Source: Promethearchaeota archaeon | GTDB lineage: Archaea; Asgardarchaeota; Lokiarchaeia; Sigyniarchaeales; SOKP01 | Assembly (NCBI GenBank): GCA_016839555.1 | Contig: JAEOUA010000010.1 | Span: 256,001-320,000 of the forward strand | Direction: 5' to 3' | DNA: 64,000 bases | Part shown: positions 42,173-52,601 of the stretch, one piece after another | How positions within the stretch are numbered: the stretch's first letter is position 1 | How the letters are laid out: each line of letters opens with the position of its first letter | Position numbers and translations under genes: made by a program | The notes under the pieces: model-generated | Seen by the model: the letters and a program-made list of their open reading frames with translations, nothing else | Database searches by the model: none | Told to the model about the DNA's origin: nothing

Positions 42173-43591
42173 ATGAATTTTGAATTAACTGCAAAACAAA
42201 AAGAGTTAAAAAAAAAAGCTCGGGAGTTTGCAATTAGGGAGGTTTTACCAGTTGCTAAATATTATGATGAGAAAAACACATTCCCTATGGACGTTATTAA
42301 GAAAGCATGGGAAGAGGATTTATTAAATTTAGCGATACCTAAGGAATATGGAGGATTAGGTTATGGACTAATGGAATCAATTGTAGTTGTAGAAGAAATC
42401 GCTGCAGCTTGTCCCGGAATTGCAACATCTATCTTTGACAATAATCTGGGATCTGAACCAATTATTATTGGAGGTAATGATGAACAAAAAAAAAGAATTT
42501 TAACAGAGTTAGTTAATGAATTCAAATTAATTTCATTTGCTACTAGTGAACCAGGTATGGGGTCTGATGTAGCGGGTATGCGATGCTTGGCTAAAAAAGA
42601 TGGTAAAGATTATATTTTAAATGGTACTAAATACTGGATAACTAATGCGGGATATGCGGATTATATCTCTATTTTTGCAACGATTGATCCTGAGAAAAAG
42701 CACAGAGGAATATGTGCATTTATCGTACCGACTGATTCAGAAGGATTCAAAACAGGAGCCCATATCCCAAAACTTGGTCAAAGGGCATCAAACACTTGCT
42801 CTGTAGTATTAAATGACGTTAGAGTACCTGAAGAAAATGTTTTAGCCAAACCAGGATTCGGGTTTGTTTTAGCAATGCAGACCTTCGCAAATACTCGTCC
42901 CGCCATCGGAGCTTTTGCAGTTGGATGTGCAAGATCTGCTATGGAATATGCAATTGACTATACAAGTGAAAGAAAAGCGTTTGGAAGACCTATAGTAAAA
43001 TTCCAAGCCATTCAACAGAAAATAGCAGATATGTATAAAAATATTGAAGCTGCTCGTTTACTTACCTACAAAGCAGCATGGGAAGCAGATCAAGGAATTG
43101 ATAATAATATTAGTTCCGCATGTGCTAAAGCATTCGCTTCAGATGTGGCAATGAATGTTACTACAGAAGCAATTCAATTATTTGGAGGATATGGCTACAT
43201 CAAGACATATCCTGTTGAAAAATTATTTAGAGATGCCAAATTATTCCAAATCTATGAAGGAACCTCAGAAATACAACGAATTGTTATTTCTCGATTTGCT
43301 ACAAAACAATATGAGCATGGAATGCCAAATCTTTATAATCTTCCTTCAAAAGAAATTTCTGAAATACCAGAAAAACTAATTCAGGAAAAAGAAGAACCGG
43401 CTGAAAAAATTGAAAAAACATCCGAAGAATTGGGAGGAAAATATCGATGTACTGTATGTGGATATGTATATGATCCCGTTAAAGGAGATCCTGATGGAAG
43501 TATCGCTCCGGGAACTCGTTTTACTGATATTCCCGATGGTTGGGTATGTCCCGTTTGCGGGGCAGCTAAAAAGCAGTTTATTAAGATATAA
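42173..43591 (+). CDS. Acyl-CoA dehydrogenase fused to a C-terminal rubredoxin
   Basis: [37 protein letters not shown]; tail [12 protein letters not shown]...WVCPVCGA. Confidence 0.93.
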   Translation: MNFELTAKQKELKKKAREFAIREVLPVAKYYDEKNTFPMDVIKKAWEEDLLNLAIPKEYGGLGYGLMESIVVVEEIAAACPGIATSIFDNNLGSEPIIIGGNDEQKKRILTELVNEFKLISFATSEPGMGSDVAGMRCLAKKDGKDYILNGTKYWITNAGYADYISIFATIDPEKKHRGICAFIVPTDSEGFKTGAHIPKLGQRASNTCSVVLNDVRVPEENVLAKPGFGFVLAMQTFANTRPAIGAFAVGCARSAMEYAIDYTSERKAFGRPIVKFQAIQQKIADMYKNIEAARLLTYKAAWEADQGIDNNISSACAKAFASDVAMNVTTEAIQLFGGYGYIKTYPVEKLFRDAKLFQIYEGTSEIQRIVISRFATKQYEHGMPNLYNLPSKEISEIPEKLIQEKEEPAEKIEKTSEELGGKYRCTVCGYVYDPVKGDPDGSIAPGTRFTDIPDGWVCPVCGAAKKQFIKI

Positions 43592-43706
43592 TTTCAGTTT
43601 ATAAACTTTTTATTTTTTAATTATTATCTTTTTTCTAATTTTAGTATTTGCATTTTATAACAGAAATCTACATAAGAGCGCTATAATTTAATATAAATGA
43701 TTTTAT

Positions 43707-45077
43707 ATGAATAAAAAAATGGTAGATAATCTGATAAAAAAATCCAAAATTCCTTCCAAAAATGCATTAAAAATGCATCCGTTTTATCATGGCAAAATTC
43801 AAATTATGCCGAAATGTCAAATAAGGTCCCATAAAGATTTTGGTATTTGGTATTCGCCGGGAGTTGCGGCAGTTTCTAAAGAAATAGCCGCAGATAAAAA
43901 TAAAATTTTTACATATACAAATAAATGGAATTATGTAGCGGTTGTTTCTGATGGCTCAAGAGTATTGGGATTAGGAGATCTAGGACCAGAAGCAGCTTTA
44001 CCAGTTATGGAAGGTAAAGCTTTATTATTTAAGTATTTAGGCGGGGTTGACGCCTTCCCTCTAAGTATTGGAATCAATGAGTGTTGCTCTGCTGAAGAAA
44101 TAATTAATTTTGTTAAAATGATACAACCTACTTTTGGTGGGATAAATCTTGAGGATATCTCAAAACCAAAATGCTTCTCTGTTCTAGATAAATTAAGGGA
44201 TGACCCGGAGCTTAAAATTCCGATTTGGCATGATGATCAACAAGGCACGGCAACGGTAAAATTAGCTGCATTAATAAATGCATTAAAAATTGTGGGAAAG
44301 AAAAAAGAAGATATAAAAATAGTCTTCAACGGTATTGGGGCAGCTAATTTTGCCACCTCACGCTTATTGCGAGAATATGGTTTTAATTTAAGAAAATCTA
44401 TTTTTGTTGATTCGAAGGGAATTTTATATAAAAATAGAGCTGATTTACTAAGTCCAGAAAATTATAAATATGAAGTTGCTCAACTAAGTAATACTGAAGA
44501 GATTAGAGGAGACTTAAGTAATGCATTAGAGGGGGCAGACGTATTAATTTCGTTAAGTATCCCTGGACCTAATATAATAGAAAAAGAATGGATTTCAAAA
44601 ATGGCAGATGATGCAATTGTGTTTGCGTGCGCTAATCCTGTACCAGAAATATTTCCTTGGGATGCTAAGGAAGCAGGAGCAAGGATTGTAGCAACTGGTC
44701 GTTCGGATTTTAAAAATCAAGTCAACAATTCTTTAGGCTTCCCAGGTATTTTTCGAGGAACATTAGATGTGAGAGCAAAAACCATTTCAGATGAGATGTG
44801 TATCGCAGCAGCATATGAATTAGCAGATATAGTATTAGATATAGAGGGATGCCTTATTGAAGATTGTATCATTCCCTCAATGGAATATGAAGAAGTCTAT
44901 ATAAGAGAAGCTGTCGCCGTGGGATTAAAAGCAATAGAACAAAATATTGCTCGTATTACCCTTTCAGAAGATGAGCTCTCTTCTAAAGCTTCAAAATCTA
45001 TTAAAAATGCAAAAAAACAAACTGAATTGTTGATGAAAAAAGGATTCATCCCTCAATTTAATGATTATTTTGAATAA
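43707..45077 (+). CDS. NAD(P)-dependent malic enzyme (short type)
   Basis: YSPGVA, VSDGSRVLGLG, MEGKALLFK, INLEDI, HDDQQGTA, ANPVPEI, QVNNSLGFPGIFRG. Confidence 0.95.
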   Translation: MNKKMVDNLIKKSKIPSKNALKMHPFYHGKIQIMPKCQIRSHKDFGIWYSPGVAAVSKEIAADKNKIFTYTNKWNYVAVVSDGSRVLGLGDLGPEAALPVMEGKALLFKYLGGVDAFPLSIGINECCSAEEIINFVKMIQPTFGGINLEDISKPKCFSVLDKLRDDPELKIPIWHDDQQGTATVKLAALINALKIVGKKKEDIKIVFNGIGAANFATSRLLREYGFNLRKSIFVDSKGILYKNRADLLSPENYKYEVAQLSNTEEIRGDLSNALEGADVLISLSIPGPNIIEKEWISKMADDAIVFACANPVPEIFPWDAKEAGARIVATGRSDFKNQVNNSLGFPGIFRGTLDVRAKTISDEMCIAAAYELADIVLDIEGCLIEDCIIPSMEYEEVYIREAVAVGLKAIEQNIARITLSEDELSSKASKSIKNAKKQTELLMKKGFIPQFNDYFE

Positions 45078-45230
45078 ATTAAATTTATTATAGCTTAAGA
45101 ATATTAAATATTATGAATTTTAATACACATAGGAGTTATATATCGAAATGATATTAGCATTTTATCAAAACTGAATAAATTCAAATGAATTAAAAGGACA
45201 TTTATTAGCTTTTAAAAAGGCGAATATAAA

Positions 45231-45680
45231 ATGATTGTTGCTCATTCAATTACAGTAGAAATTTTTGTCCAACCAGGAGAAAATTTAGATAGGATTAAAC
45301 TAAAATTTTTGAGCTTATTTCCTTTTAATGTAAAGGAAGAAAAAATTGAATTATATGAAAAATCAGTTATGGGTTTTAACAATAAAATCATCAAAGTCTT
45401 AAGAATTGATTTGTTAAAAAATAGACATATTAAAGTATTTTTAACTAATCTATTTAATCAATTAGATGGGGATACTAAAAATAAAATAAAAAATCAAGCA
45501 AAAAAAAGATTAGATCAAAATCTTAATTTTTATCTTAGATTTGACAAATATAATCTATTAGATAAGAATCTCTATAAATTGACAGATCAAGGAGACTGTT
45601 TTTACATTAAAATTAAAATAGCAGCTTTTCCTAAAAATGAGTCGAATGCATTAATTATAATATATGATTTATTAAAATAA
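45231..45680 (+). CDS. Archaeal predicted RNA-binding protein (DUF54/COG1325 type)
   Basis: GFNNKIIKVL, RLDQNLNFYLRFDK, GDCFYIKIKIAAFPK. Confidence 0.7.
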   Translation: MIVAHSITVEIFVQPGENLDRIKLKFLSLFPFNVKEEKIELYEKSVMGFNNKIIKVLRIDLLKNRHIKVFLTNLFNQLDGDTKNKIKNQAKKRLDQNLNFYLRFDKYNLLDKNLYKLTDQGDCFYIKIKIAAFPKNESNALIIIYDLLK

Positions 45681-45736
45681 GAAGTTAAACTATGATTATT
45701 CTCAGGGAATTTATATATTCTCGTTATTAATTTATT

Positions 45737-46012
45737 TTATTTTGTATTGTTGTTTTTTTCGAAATAATCCAAGATCTTATTCAAATCTAAGACATTTGCC
45801 AGCTTAAACCCTAAGTCAAATAGATTTTTGACTGAATCATTAAAATCATCAAGTAATTCATTGATTGTACTACTATCCAATTTATCAAATAATTGTTTGA
45901 TTTCTTTTTTACTTAAATCAGGTAATTTATTATCCTTTAAATCTTGAATAATTCTCGGTAAATCAATATCAGTTTTTTCTGAGCCGCCTTGATTATTTTC
46001 CATATTCTTCAC
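45737..46012 (-). CDS. Small acidic helical hypothetical protein
   Basis: Overlaps the 3' end of the acyltransferase gene; the real start may be the ATG of MENNQGG. Confidence 0.6.
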   Translation of the reverse strand: MKNMENNQGGSEKTDIDLPRIIQDLKDNKLPDLSKKEIKQLFDKLDSSTINELLDDFNDSVKNLFDLGFKLANVLDLNKILDYFEKNNNTK

Positions 46013-46721
46013 TATCTGATTCTGATTTTGATTGATTTGAAATCTTTAAGGAATCTATTATTTTAAGTATACCTTCGGCTAATTCGTAGCGTTGTGGACG
46101 GTATTTGTCTCGATTTAATTTTTTCTCCACTTTGATGGGAGTACCCACATTAACTACTATCCCATCTATATCAAATATATTAAATAATCGAATCTTTTCT
46201 GTATAAACTTTCAAGGGAATAATTGGAGCATCACCTGCCACCGCAAATTTTATTATTGCAGCCATCGATTTTAGTTGTGTTTCATCATCTAATTTTGATT
46301 CCGGAGTCATCGCTACTAAATCATTTTTTTCATTTAAAAATTCAAACACTTGATCAACAGGCTCTTGATCTTCTTTACTTTCTGTGCTTCGGAACATCCC
46401 TAATGTTTTCAAAATAGGTCCTGCAATTTGATGCCTTATTAATTTTGGAGATAACATAAAATGAATTTGTCTCCCACTCAATTGAGCTATTGCCAACATA
46501 TCTCGAAATATATTATCGCTAATCGTGGTTAATAGGGCTTTATCATGTAAGGGAATATTTTCTTTTCCTTTTATTTTTAAATTAGTAAAGGCATCTAAAA
46601 AAAGCCCGGCAACACCTTTAGTAATCCCATATAATACTTTACTAAAATTATCCCTTCCGCCAATTTTTTCAAACATATCTTTTTTTTCTTCTTCTTCTTC
46701 TTGTGGTTGACTTTCTGTCAT
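45993..46721 (-). CDS. PlsC/lysophospholipid acyltransferase-fold protein with degenerate active site
   Basis: IKGKENIP, IHFML, APIIPL, VNVGTPI match the fold; canonical NHxSxxD reads TISDNIFRD and FPEG reads TPES. Confidence 0.7.
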   Translation of the reverse strand: MTESQPQEEEEEKKDMFEKIGGRDNFSKVLYGITKGVAGLFLDAFTNLKIKGKENIPLHDKALLTTISDNIFRDMLAIAQLSGRQIHFMLSPKLIRHQIAGPILKTLGMFRSTESKEDQEPVDQVFEFLNEKNDLVAMTPESKLDDETQLKSMAAIIKFAVAGDAPIIPLKVYTEKIRLFNIFDIDGIVVNVGTPIKVEKKLNRDKYRPQRYELAEGILKIIDSLKISNQSKSESDSEEYGK

Positions 46722-46755
46722 ACTTTGGTGCCTCTCATATTTTAATTTTTATATT

Positions 46756-46959
46756 TTAGACTGTTTCGATAAATTTGTTAACATCTTCCATTCTTTTTTC
46801 ATAATATTCCTTTAAATCTTTGTCTGATACATATCTCGGTATCAAATTTTCGGTAAAAATATCGAACAAAGTTGATAATTTTGACCTGTGCTTTAATGTT
46901 TCAAGAACTTCTCCTCCAATATTTCGGAGTTGCTTTAAGATATCTTTAATCTCTTCCAT
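46756..46959 (-). CDS. Small hypothetical protein
   Basis: 67-aa ORF, co-oriented and 34 bp upstream of the PlsC-like gene. Confidence 0.55.
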   Translation of the reverse strand: MEEIKDILKQLRNIGGEVLETLKHRSKLSTLFDIFTENLIPRYVSDKDLKEYYEKRMEDVNKFIETV

Positions 46960-47378
46960 CCTTTGTAATACCTATATAAAATTTGTAAATAAGATATTAA
47001 GTATAATTATTTTTTTTTATTTATTGATCATAACCGTTTTAGTTGAATAACACAGTGTTATTTAAAAGAATAATCTTCAAAATAAGATTATTATAAGTAT
47101 TGAAATAAAAAGATTTAGTAGTTTTACCTCTCTAAAGAGTATAATAACTATATAACCTTACATACAACAAATTGAAGATTATCATTCGCTCTTTATAGAA
47201 AAAATTAAAGAAGATTTCATTTTTTAGCTTTATTTCTTTTTTAGAGAAAATATAGAATATAAAAGATTAATAGGAGGTTTTAAATGCTCTAAAGAAAAGA
47301 AATTATTGTAGATTTAAAAACAATTATTACATTTAAAATAAAGATTTAACTAATTTTTAATTCAAAAACTTAGCTCTT

Positions 47379-48043
47379 CTAACTTTTCTCTTTTAAACAT
47401 AAAATCTTACCTGCTCTATGTATTATTGGAACATTACATGCAATTATTCCATCCATCTTATTAGGGCCTTCTTGAACAAGCATTTTTAGATGCCCATGCC
47501 TAACTTCTTCATGTGGGTTTAAAGGTCCTCCATCTTGAACTTTAGCTGCTAGATTCTTAAGAATAGGTGGTACATTTGAGTCCTGCCTTTTAGAACTTGG
47601 GGGGGGGTTTCATTTTCTGGTTTGTTAAAAATCCTTGTAAATAATTGAAAAATATTTTGAAATTTTTTTGGATCCTCCCATTTTGCCTTTTGATATTCAA
47701 TTTGTTTTCCTCTCTTAATAAATGGAGTCATTAAAACACCTTGATCCCCATTTTTTAGCTCACCAATAGTTAGCAAAATACTTGACTCAGCACCTGTTTT
47801 TATATTTGTTCCAGTCATAGTTTGATTCCATGCATACATTTCTACATCCATTTTCTGAAAATGGTTTATCATATTTTCAATTGTTTGAGGAATCTCGCTC
47901 CTACTTTTGCAATTTACACTTGCAGGATATATTGTGTCTTTAGTGCGTACCTCTAATATCGGATTTAAGTACCCATACATATTAAAAATCTTTTTGCTAT
48001 TTTCGGCTGCCCTTTTAATTAAAGATTGTAATTTTGTATTCAT
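47379..48043 (-). pseudogene. Hypothetical gene apparently frameshifted at a G9/C9 tract
   Basis: Listed ORF 47549-48043. A second frame starting at the tract (47599-47607) runs 72 more codons to TAG at 47379. Confidence 0.55.
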
Positions 48044-48295
48044 TTTAGCTAAAACTCTTTTTTAGTTTAAATATATCTAGATTTGTGCAATAAATTTTAG
48101 GATTAATTATTTATAGATTAGTTAGATTATTATTTATATATATCCAATAGAAATTTTAAATGGATAATATAATAGCCATTATGGTTATGAAATACCAAAA
48201 TTTTTGAAAAATATATTTAAAAAGAGATCGTGTATTCTTAATAAAAAATAAAATACATTTTTTATATAAGTTTATTAAGATTAAAGATTTATTAA

Positions 48296-49318
48296 CTAGA
48301 ATACTTCCCACTTCCCACATCTGCTTCCCCAGCGAGCTATGACTTCATCCCCCTTCTCGGGCATCTTTACTTCGATTATTTCGCAATTGTTAGGACAATC
48401 GCCACAGTGGAAGGTTGATGTTTCAAAATTAAGTTCAGATATTTGTAATCCCCGAAAAGAGGTTTCATTTCCATGATCTAAATAATGATCTCTGACAAGG
48501 ATAGCCATTCCAAGCGCTCCCATAAGCACATTATACTTTGGCACAATAACTTTACAATTAAGATGGCGTTCAAAAGCTTCAATAATACCTTTATTATATG
48601 AGACCCCGCCTTGAAAGACCACAGGTTCTTCTAAATCTTTTCCTTTTGATAAATTATTGAGATAATTTCGGACAAGCGAGTCGCACAATCCAGCAATAAT
48701 ATCTTCTTTTGAGTGCCCCGCATTTTGTTTATGGATCATATCAGATTCGGCGAACACCGTACATCTTCCAGCAATGGATACAGGATTTTCTGATTTTACC
48801 GCATAATCTCCAAATTTCTCAATAGGGATACCTAATCGTGATGCTTGATGATCTAAAAAGGATCCAGTTCCAGCAGCACACACGGAATTCATTGCAAAAT
48901 CGACAATTATTCCATCTCTTAATATGATAATTTTACTATCCTGTCCGCCAATTTCAAGAATAGTTCGGACGTTAGGATACATTGATTGAGTAGCGACAGC
49001 ATGCGCAATAATTTCTGTTTTAGCCAAATCGCCCCCTACGACAGCTTTTGTAAGATATCTAGCCGAACCCGTGGTACCACATGCCTTTATCTCGTAATCT
49101 TCCAACTCGGTTTTTTCTTTAATATGTTCGCGTAATTTAGACATTCCAAATTTAACTGAATCAATAGGGGATCCCCTATTTCTTAAAAAGACATGACTTA
49201 ATACATTACCCTCTCTATCCATTAAAATAAATTTGCATGAAACACTGCCGACGTCAATCCCAAGAAAGGCGTCTTTTTTAGCACCTTGCGTTTCAATTCT
49301 CTCTTTTGCTTGAACCAT
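48296..49318 (-). CDS. CoA-substrate-specific enzyme activase (HgdC/BadF-BadG-BcrA-BcrD ASKHA ATPase)
   Basis: GIDVGSVS, TTGSAR, EIGGQDSK, MNSVCAAGTGSFL, RCTVFAESD, FQGGV; C-terminal CGDCPNNC. Confidence 0.92.
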   Translation of the reverse strand: MVQAKERIETQGAKKDAFLGIDVGSVSCKFILMDREGNVLSHVFLRNRGSPIDSVKFGMSKLREHIKEKTELEDYEIKACGTTGSARYLTKAVVGGDLAKTEIIAHAVATQSMYPNVRTILEIGGQDSKIIILRDGIIVDFAMNSVCAAGTGSFLDHQASRLGIPIEKFGDYAVKSENPVSIAGRCTVFAESDMIHKQNAGHSKEDIIAGLCDSLVRNYLNNLSKGKDLEEPVVFQGGVSYNKGIIEAFERHLNCKVIVPKYNVLMGALGMAILVRDHYLDHGNETSFRGLQISELNFETSTFHCGDCPNNCEIIEVKMPEKGDEVIARWGSRCGKWEVF

Positions 49319-49579
49319 AGTTTTGACCTAATTTTTTTTAATTATTTTCGGTGGGTAATAGGTTTTCCTATATTTTACTCAAATCTTATAATAATAAAAT
49401 ATATCATCTATTAAATGATCTTTTGTACAAATAACTTTTCTTTTCTTTTAAAAAAATCCAATTTTAATATATTAGTAAAAGTATGATTAAAACCATATTT
49501 AGGTCAATTTTTCATAAAAAATAAAATAGTTAAAAAATCAAATAAAAGTATATAATAGTTTCTATTTTATTTTGGTATT

Positions 49580-50506
49580 ATGGATGAAATTGATTTTACA
49601 ATATCATTTATGTTGATGGCAAACTCTAGGATTTCTTATAGCAAAATTGCAGATATATTTAATATGAGTGTAAATAGTATTTATAAACGTATTAAATCAA
49701 TGGTGGAATTAGGAATTATACAAAGTTTTAAAACTAAATTGAGTTTTCTTAATTTTCCTTATACTACGAATATAGTATTATTTGGGAACTCCCCTATTAA
49801 AGAAAAGAAGATCTTAATGGATAAAATAGGGAATAATGAATGTGTCTATAATGTCACACAAGCGAGTGGAGAATTATTTTATATTCATGCCTTTTCGCGT
49901 AATTTGAAGGATTTAGATGCTATAATCTCATTAATAAGAAAAGATGCTAAAATAAATGATCTTACTGTGGGTTTAGATAAAAATTCACCTTCTGCAACTA
50001 TGGATGGAACTATTGAAGCATTTTATACAGATAAAGATTATTTAATAATAAATTCTTTGAGAAATAATTCACGAAAAACTATATCTGATATTGCAGATGA
50101 AGTGGGAATTTCCAGCAAGACGGTCACTCGTCGTTTAAATCGTTTAATTGATGAGAACCTAATAGAATTTACGATTGATTGGTATCCTGACAAAACATCC
50201 GAAATTTTATCGTTTATTATTATCAAGTCGAAACCAGCTAAAGATTTTGATGAAATGAATTTGATGGAAAATATCAAAACTCAATTTGGACAAAAAATTA
50301 TGTATTATTGGAACTTTATAAACCTTCCTAATGTTATGATAATTTTTTGCTGGGCAAATTCTATGAAAGAGCTCCAAGAGATAGAAGCTTATTTAATTGA
50401 ATTGAACCTTGAAAAAGTTGAAATAACGGTTCTTATTGAGGGAAAAATATATCAAACTTGGGTTGATACGTATTTAGATGAAAAAATTAAAGAGCTTAAA
50501 AAATGA
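49580..50506 (+). CDS. Duplicated-domain Lrp/AsnC family regulator
   Basis: Two HTH modules (NSRISYSKIAD...YKRIKSM; NSRKTISDIADEVGISSKTVTRRL). Confidence 0.85.
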   Translation: MDEIDFTISFMLMANSRISYSKIADIFNMSVNSIYKRIKSMVELGIIQSFKTKLSFLNFPYTTNIVLFGNSPIKEKKILMDKIGNNECVYNVTQASGELFYIHAFSRNLKDLDAIISLIRKDAKINDLTVGLDKNSPSATMDGTIEAFYTDKDYLIINSLRNNSRKTISDIADEVGISSKTVTRRLNRLIDENLIEFTIDWYPDKTSEILSFIIIKSKPAKDFDEMNLMENIKTQFGQKIMYYWNFINLPNVMIIFCWANSMKELQEIEAYLIELNLEKVEITVLIEGKIYQTWVDTYLDEKIKELKK

Positions 50507-50868
50507 ACCCATAAATTCTTTTAATTTTTTATTTTTAAAATATGAATATTATCAACCCATAAGTTTACATTTTAGAATTTAATTTAAAAACTTCCTTTTA
50601 ATGATTAATTATTTTATATTCTGAGAATCTTCAAATACATCATTTGTTAGATATTTATTTTAAATCTTCAAATAAAAATATCCAATTTTTTATCCTATTG
50701 GGTGAAAAAATGTCCAAAATATGGTGCTTATTATTCTACTATTCCAACTTTACAATATACATCAACTATATAAGAGAGATTATCTATAGATCTTCATAGA
50801 ATGAAAAAAAATTTTTTAGAAATTTTATAAATAAATTTTCCAATTATAAAAAAATTTGAGGATGAAAA

Positions 50869-51675
50869 ATGAGTTTAAAATCGGAAAATAAATTTGAAAC
50901 CGCTAATCCAGAAGATATTTATGATCCTGATCAAAATTATGCTATTATTACAAAAGATATAGTAAAAATATTTGGTGATATCACTGCTGTTAATGGATTA
51001 AATATAAAGATAAGAGAAGGAGAAATATTTGGACTTCTAGGGCCAAATGGGGCTGGTAAAACCACAACTATTAACATGTTGGTTGGATTATTAAAACCTA
51101 CTAGTGGTGAACTCTTTGTTGGTGGGTATAATGTGAAAAAAGAATTAAGTAAAATTAAAGAAATAATTGGCGTATGCCCGCAACACATCGCAGTCTATAA
51201 ATTCCTTACGGGTCGGGAAAATATTGAATTGTTTGGTAATCTTCATGGAATAAACAAAAAGGAAGTGAAATCACGAGCTGATAATCTCTTAAATGTAGTT
51301 GAATTCATAGAAACTGCTGAAAGAAAGGCAAAAGAATATAGTGGTGGCATGCTGAGTCAATTAAATCTCTTGATGGCATTAATTAGTGACCCAGAAATTG
51401 TGTTTCTTGATGAACCTACCGTGGGAATGGACCCCAGAGCTCGCCGTAAAATATGGCAATTTATTGGTTCGCTCAAAGAACATAAAAAAACTATACTGCT
51501 TACAACCCATTACATTGAAGAAGCAGAAGCTTTATGTGATAGAGTCGCAATAATAGATTATGGAGAGCTAATCGCCCTCGGATCTCCTAAGGAATTAAAG
51601 GAGAAATATAATGCAAAGAATTTAGAGGAGGTATTTTTAGAAATTACAGGAAGAAGAATATTGGAGGGGATCTAA
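50869..51675 (+). CDS. ABC transporter ATP-binding protein
   Basis: GPNGAGKTT, YSGGM, FLDEPTVGMDP, TTHYIEEAE. Confidence 0.95.
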   Translation: MSLKSENKFETANPEDIYDPDQNYAIITKDIVKIFGDITAVNGLNIKIREGEIFGLLGPNGAGKTTTINMLVGLLKPTSGELFVGGYNVKKELSKIKEIIGVCPQHIAVYKFLTGRENIELFGNLHGINKKEVKSRADNLLNVVEFIETAERKAKEYSGGMLSQLNLLMALISDPEIVFLDEPTVGMDPRARRKIWQFIGSLKEHKKTILLTTHYIEEAEALCDRVAIIDYGELIALGSPKELKEKYNAKNLEEVFLEITGRRILEGI

Positions 51676-51677
51676 AA

Positions 51678-52433
51678 ATGAATATGCTAAGAGTATTTGC
51701 ACTAGTTAAAATGGAATTGAAAAAGATATTAAGGGAGCCGGCTTACCTGTTTTTGATGCTTTTATTTCCGGCGGTGCTATCAATAATTTTTGGATTTGTT
51801 TTTAGTTCGATTCCAAGTGGATCTCCAGGCATAAGTACTTTTGATTTAATGGCTCCTGGTATATTTGCATATGCCTGTATTTTCATAACTATGATTGTAG
51901 CTCAAACATTTTGTGAAGATAGAGAATATGGATTATTAAAACGAATAAATACCACACCAACCACATCAGCTGAATTTATGAGCAGCCATTTGATTTCAAA
52001 TACAATATTATCACTCCTACAAGTAGCAATAGTAGCAATATTCATATTCCTTATGGGTTTTAGACCAGCGGGAGGTGCTTTAGGTTTACCATTTGCCGTT
52101 ATATTCATGGTTTTTCTTTCAATATGTTCAGTAGGGTTTGGCCTAATTACTGCAACAATAGCAAAAAGCTCAGGTTCTGCAACTGGTTTAGCGTTTATTT
52201 TTATATTACCCCAGATGTTTTTTGGTACATTTATTCCTTTAAATGAAAGTACCATTATAATTGCAATGTTTTTTCCAAGTTATTATGCTACTGAATCTCT
52301 CAAGATGATCTTTAGTGGAGTAGCTTTAACAGAGATAATTATATGGATCAATTTATTAGTAATTGTTATAATGAGCTTCATTATTACAATTATTGGAATA
52401 CAATTATTCAAAAAATTTGGATCAATTTATTAG
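51678..52433 (+). CDS. ABC-2 type permease
   Basis: 6 TM, EDREYGLLKRINTTP, FFGTFIP. Confidence 0.9.
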   Translation: MNMLRVFALVKMELKKILREPAYLFLMLLFPAVLSIIFGFVFSSIPSGSPGISTFDLMAPGIFAYACIFITMIVAQTFCEDREYGLLKRINTTPTTSAEFMSSHLISNTILSLLQVAIVAIFIFLMGFRPAGGALGLPFAVIFMVFLSICSVGFGLITATIAKSSGSATGLAFIFILPQMFFGTFIPLNESTIIIAMFFPSYYATESLKMIFSGVALTEIIIWINLLVIVIMSFIITIIGIQLFKKFGSIY

Positions 52434-52482
52434 TAATTGTTATAATGGGCTTCATTATTACAATTATTGGAATACAATTATT
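52344..52482. repeat. Tandem direct repeat, 65-bp unit with 74-bp period, over the permease 3' end
   Basis: TGGATCAATTTATTAGTAATTGTTATAATG(A/G)GCTTCATTATTACAATTATTGGAATACAATTATT at 52344 and 52418. Confidence 0.92.
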
Positions 52483-52601
52483 TTAAAATTTTTTTTAAAA
52501 ATTTGATAAATAAAAAACTATTAAATTAACATAAAGAATAGTAATCATTTTTTTTTTCCAATAGTAATAATTTTTTATATGAGTTTTTATTCTATATTTT
52601 T

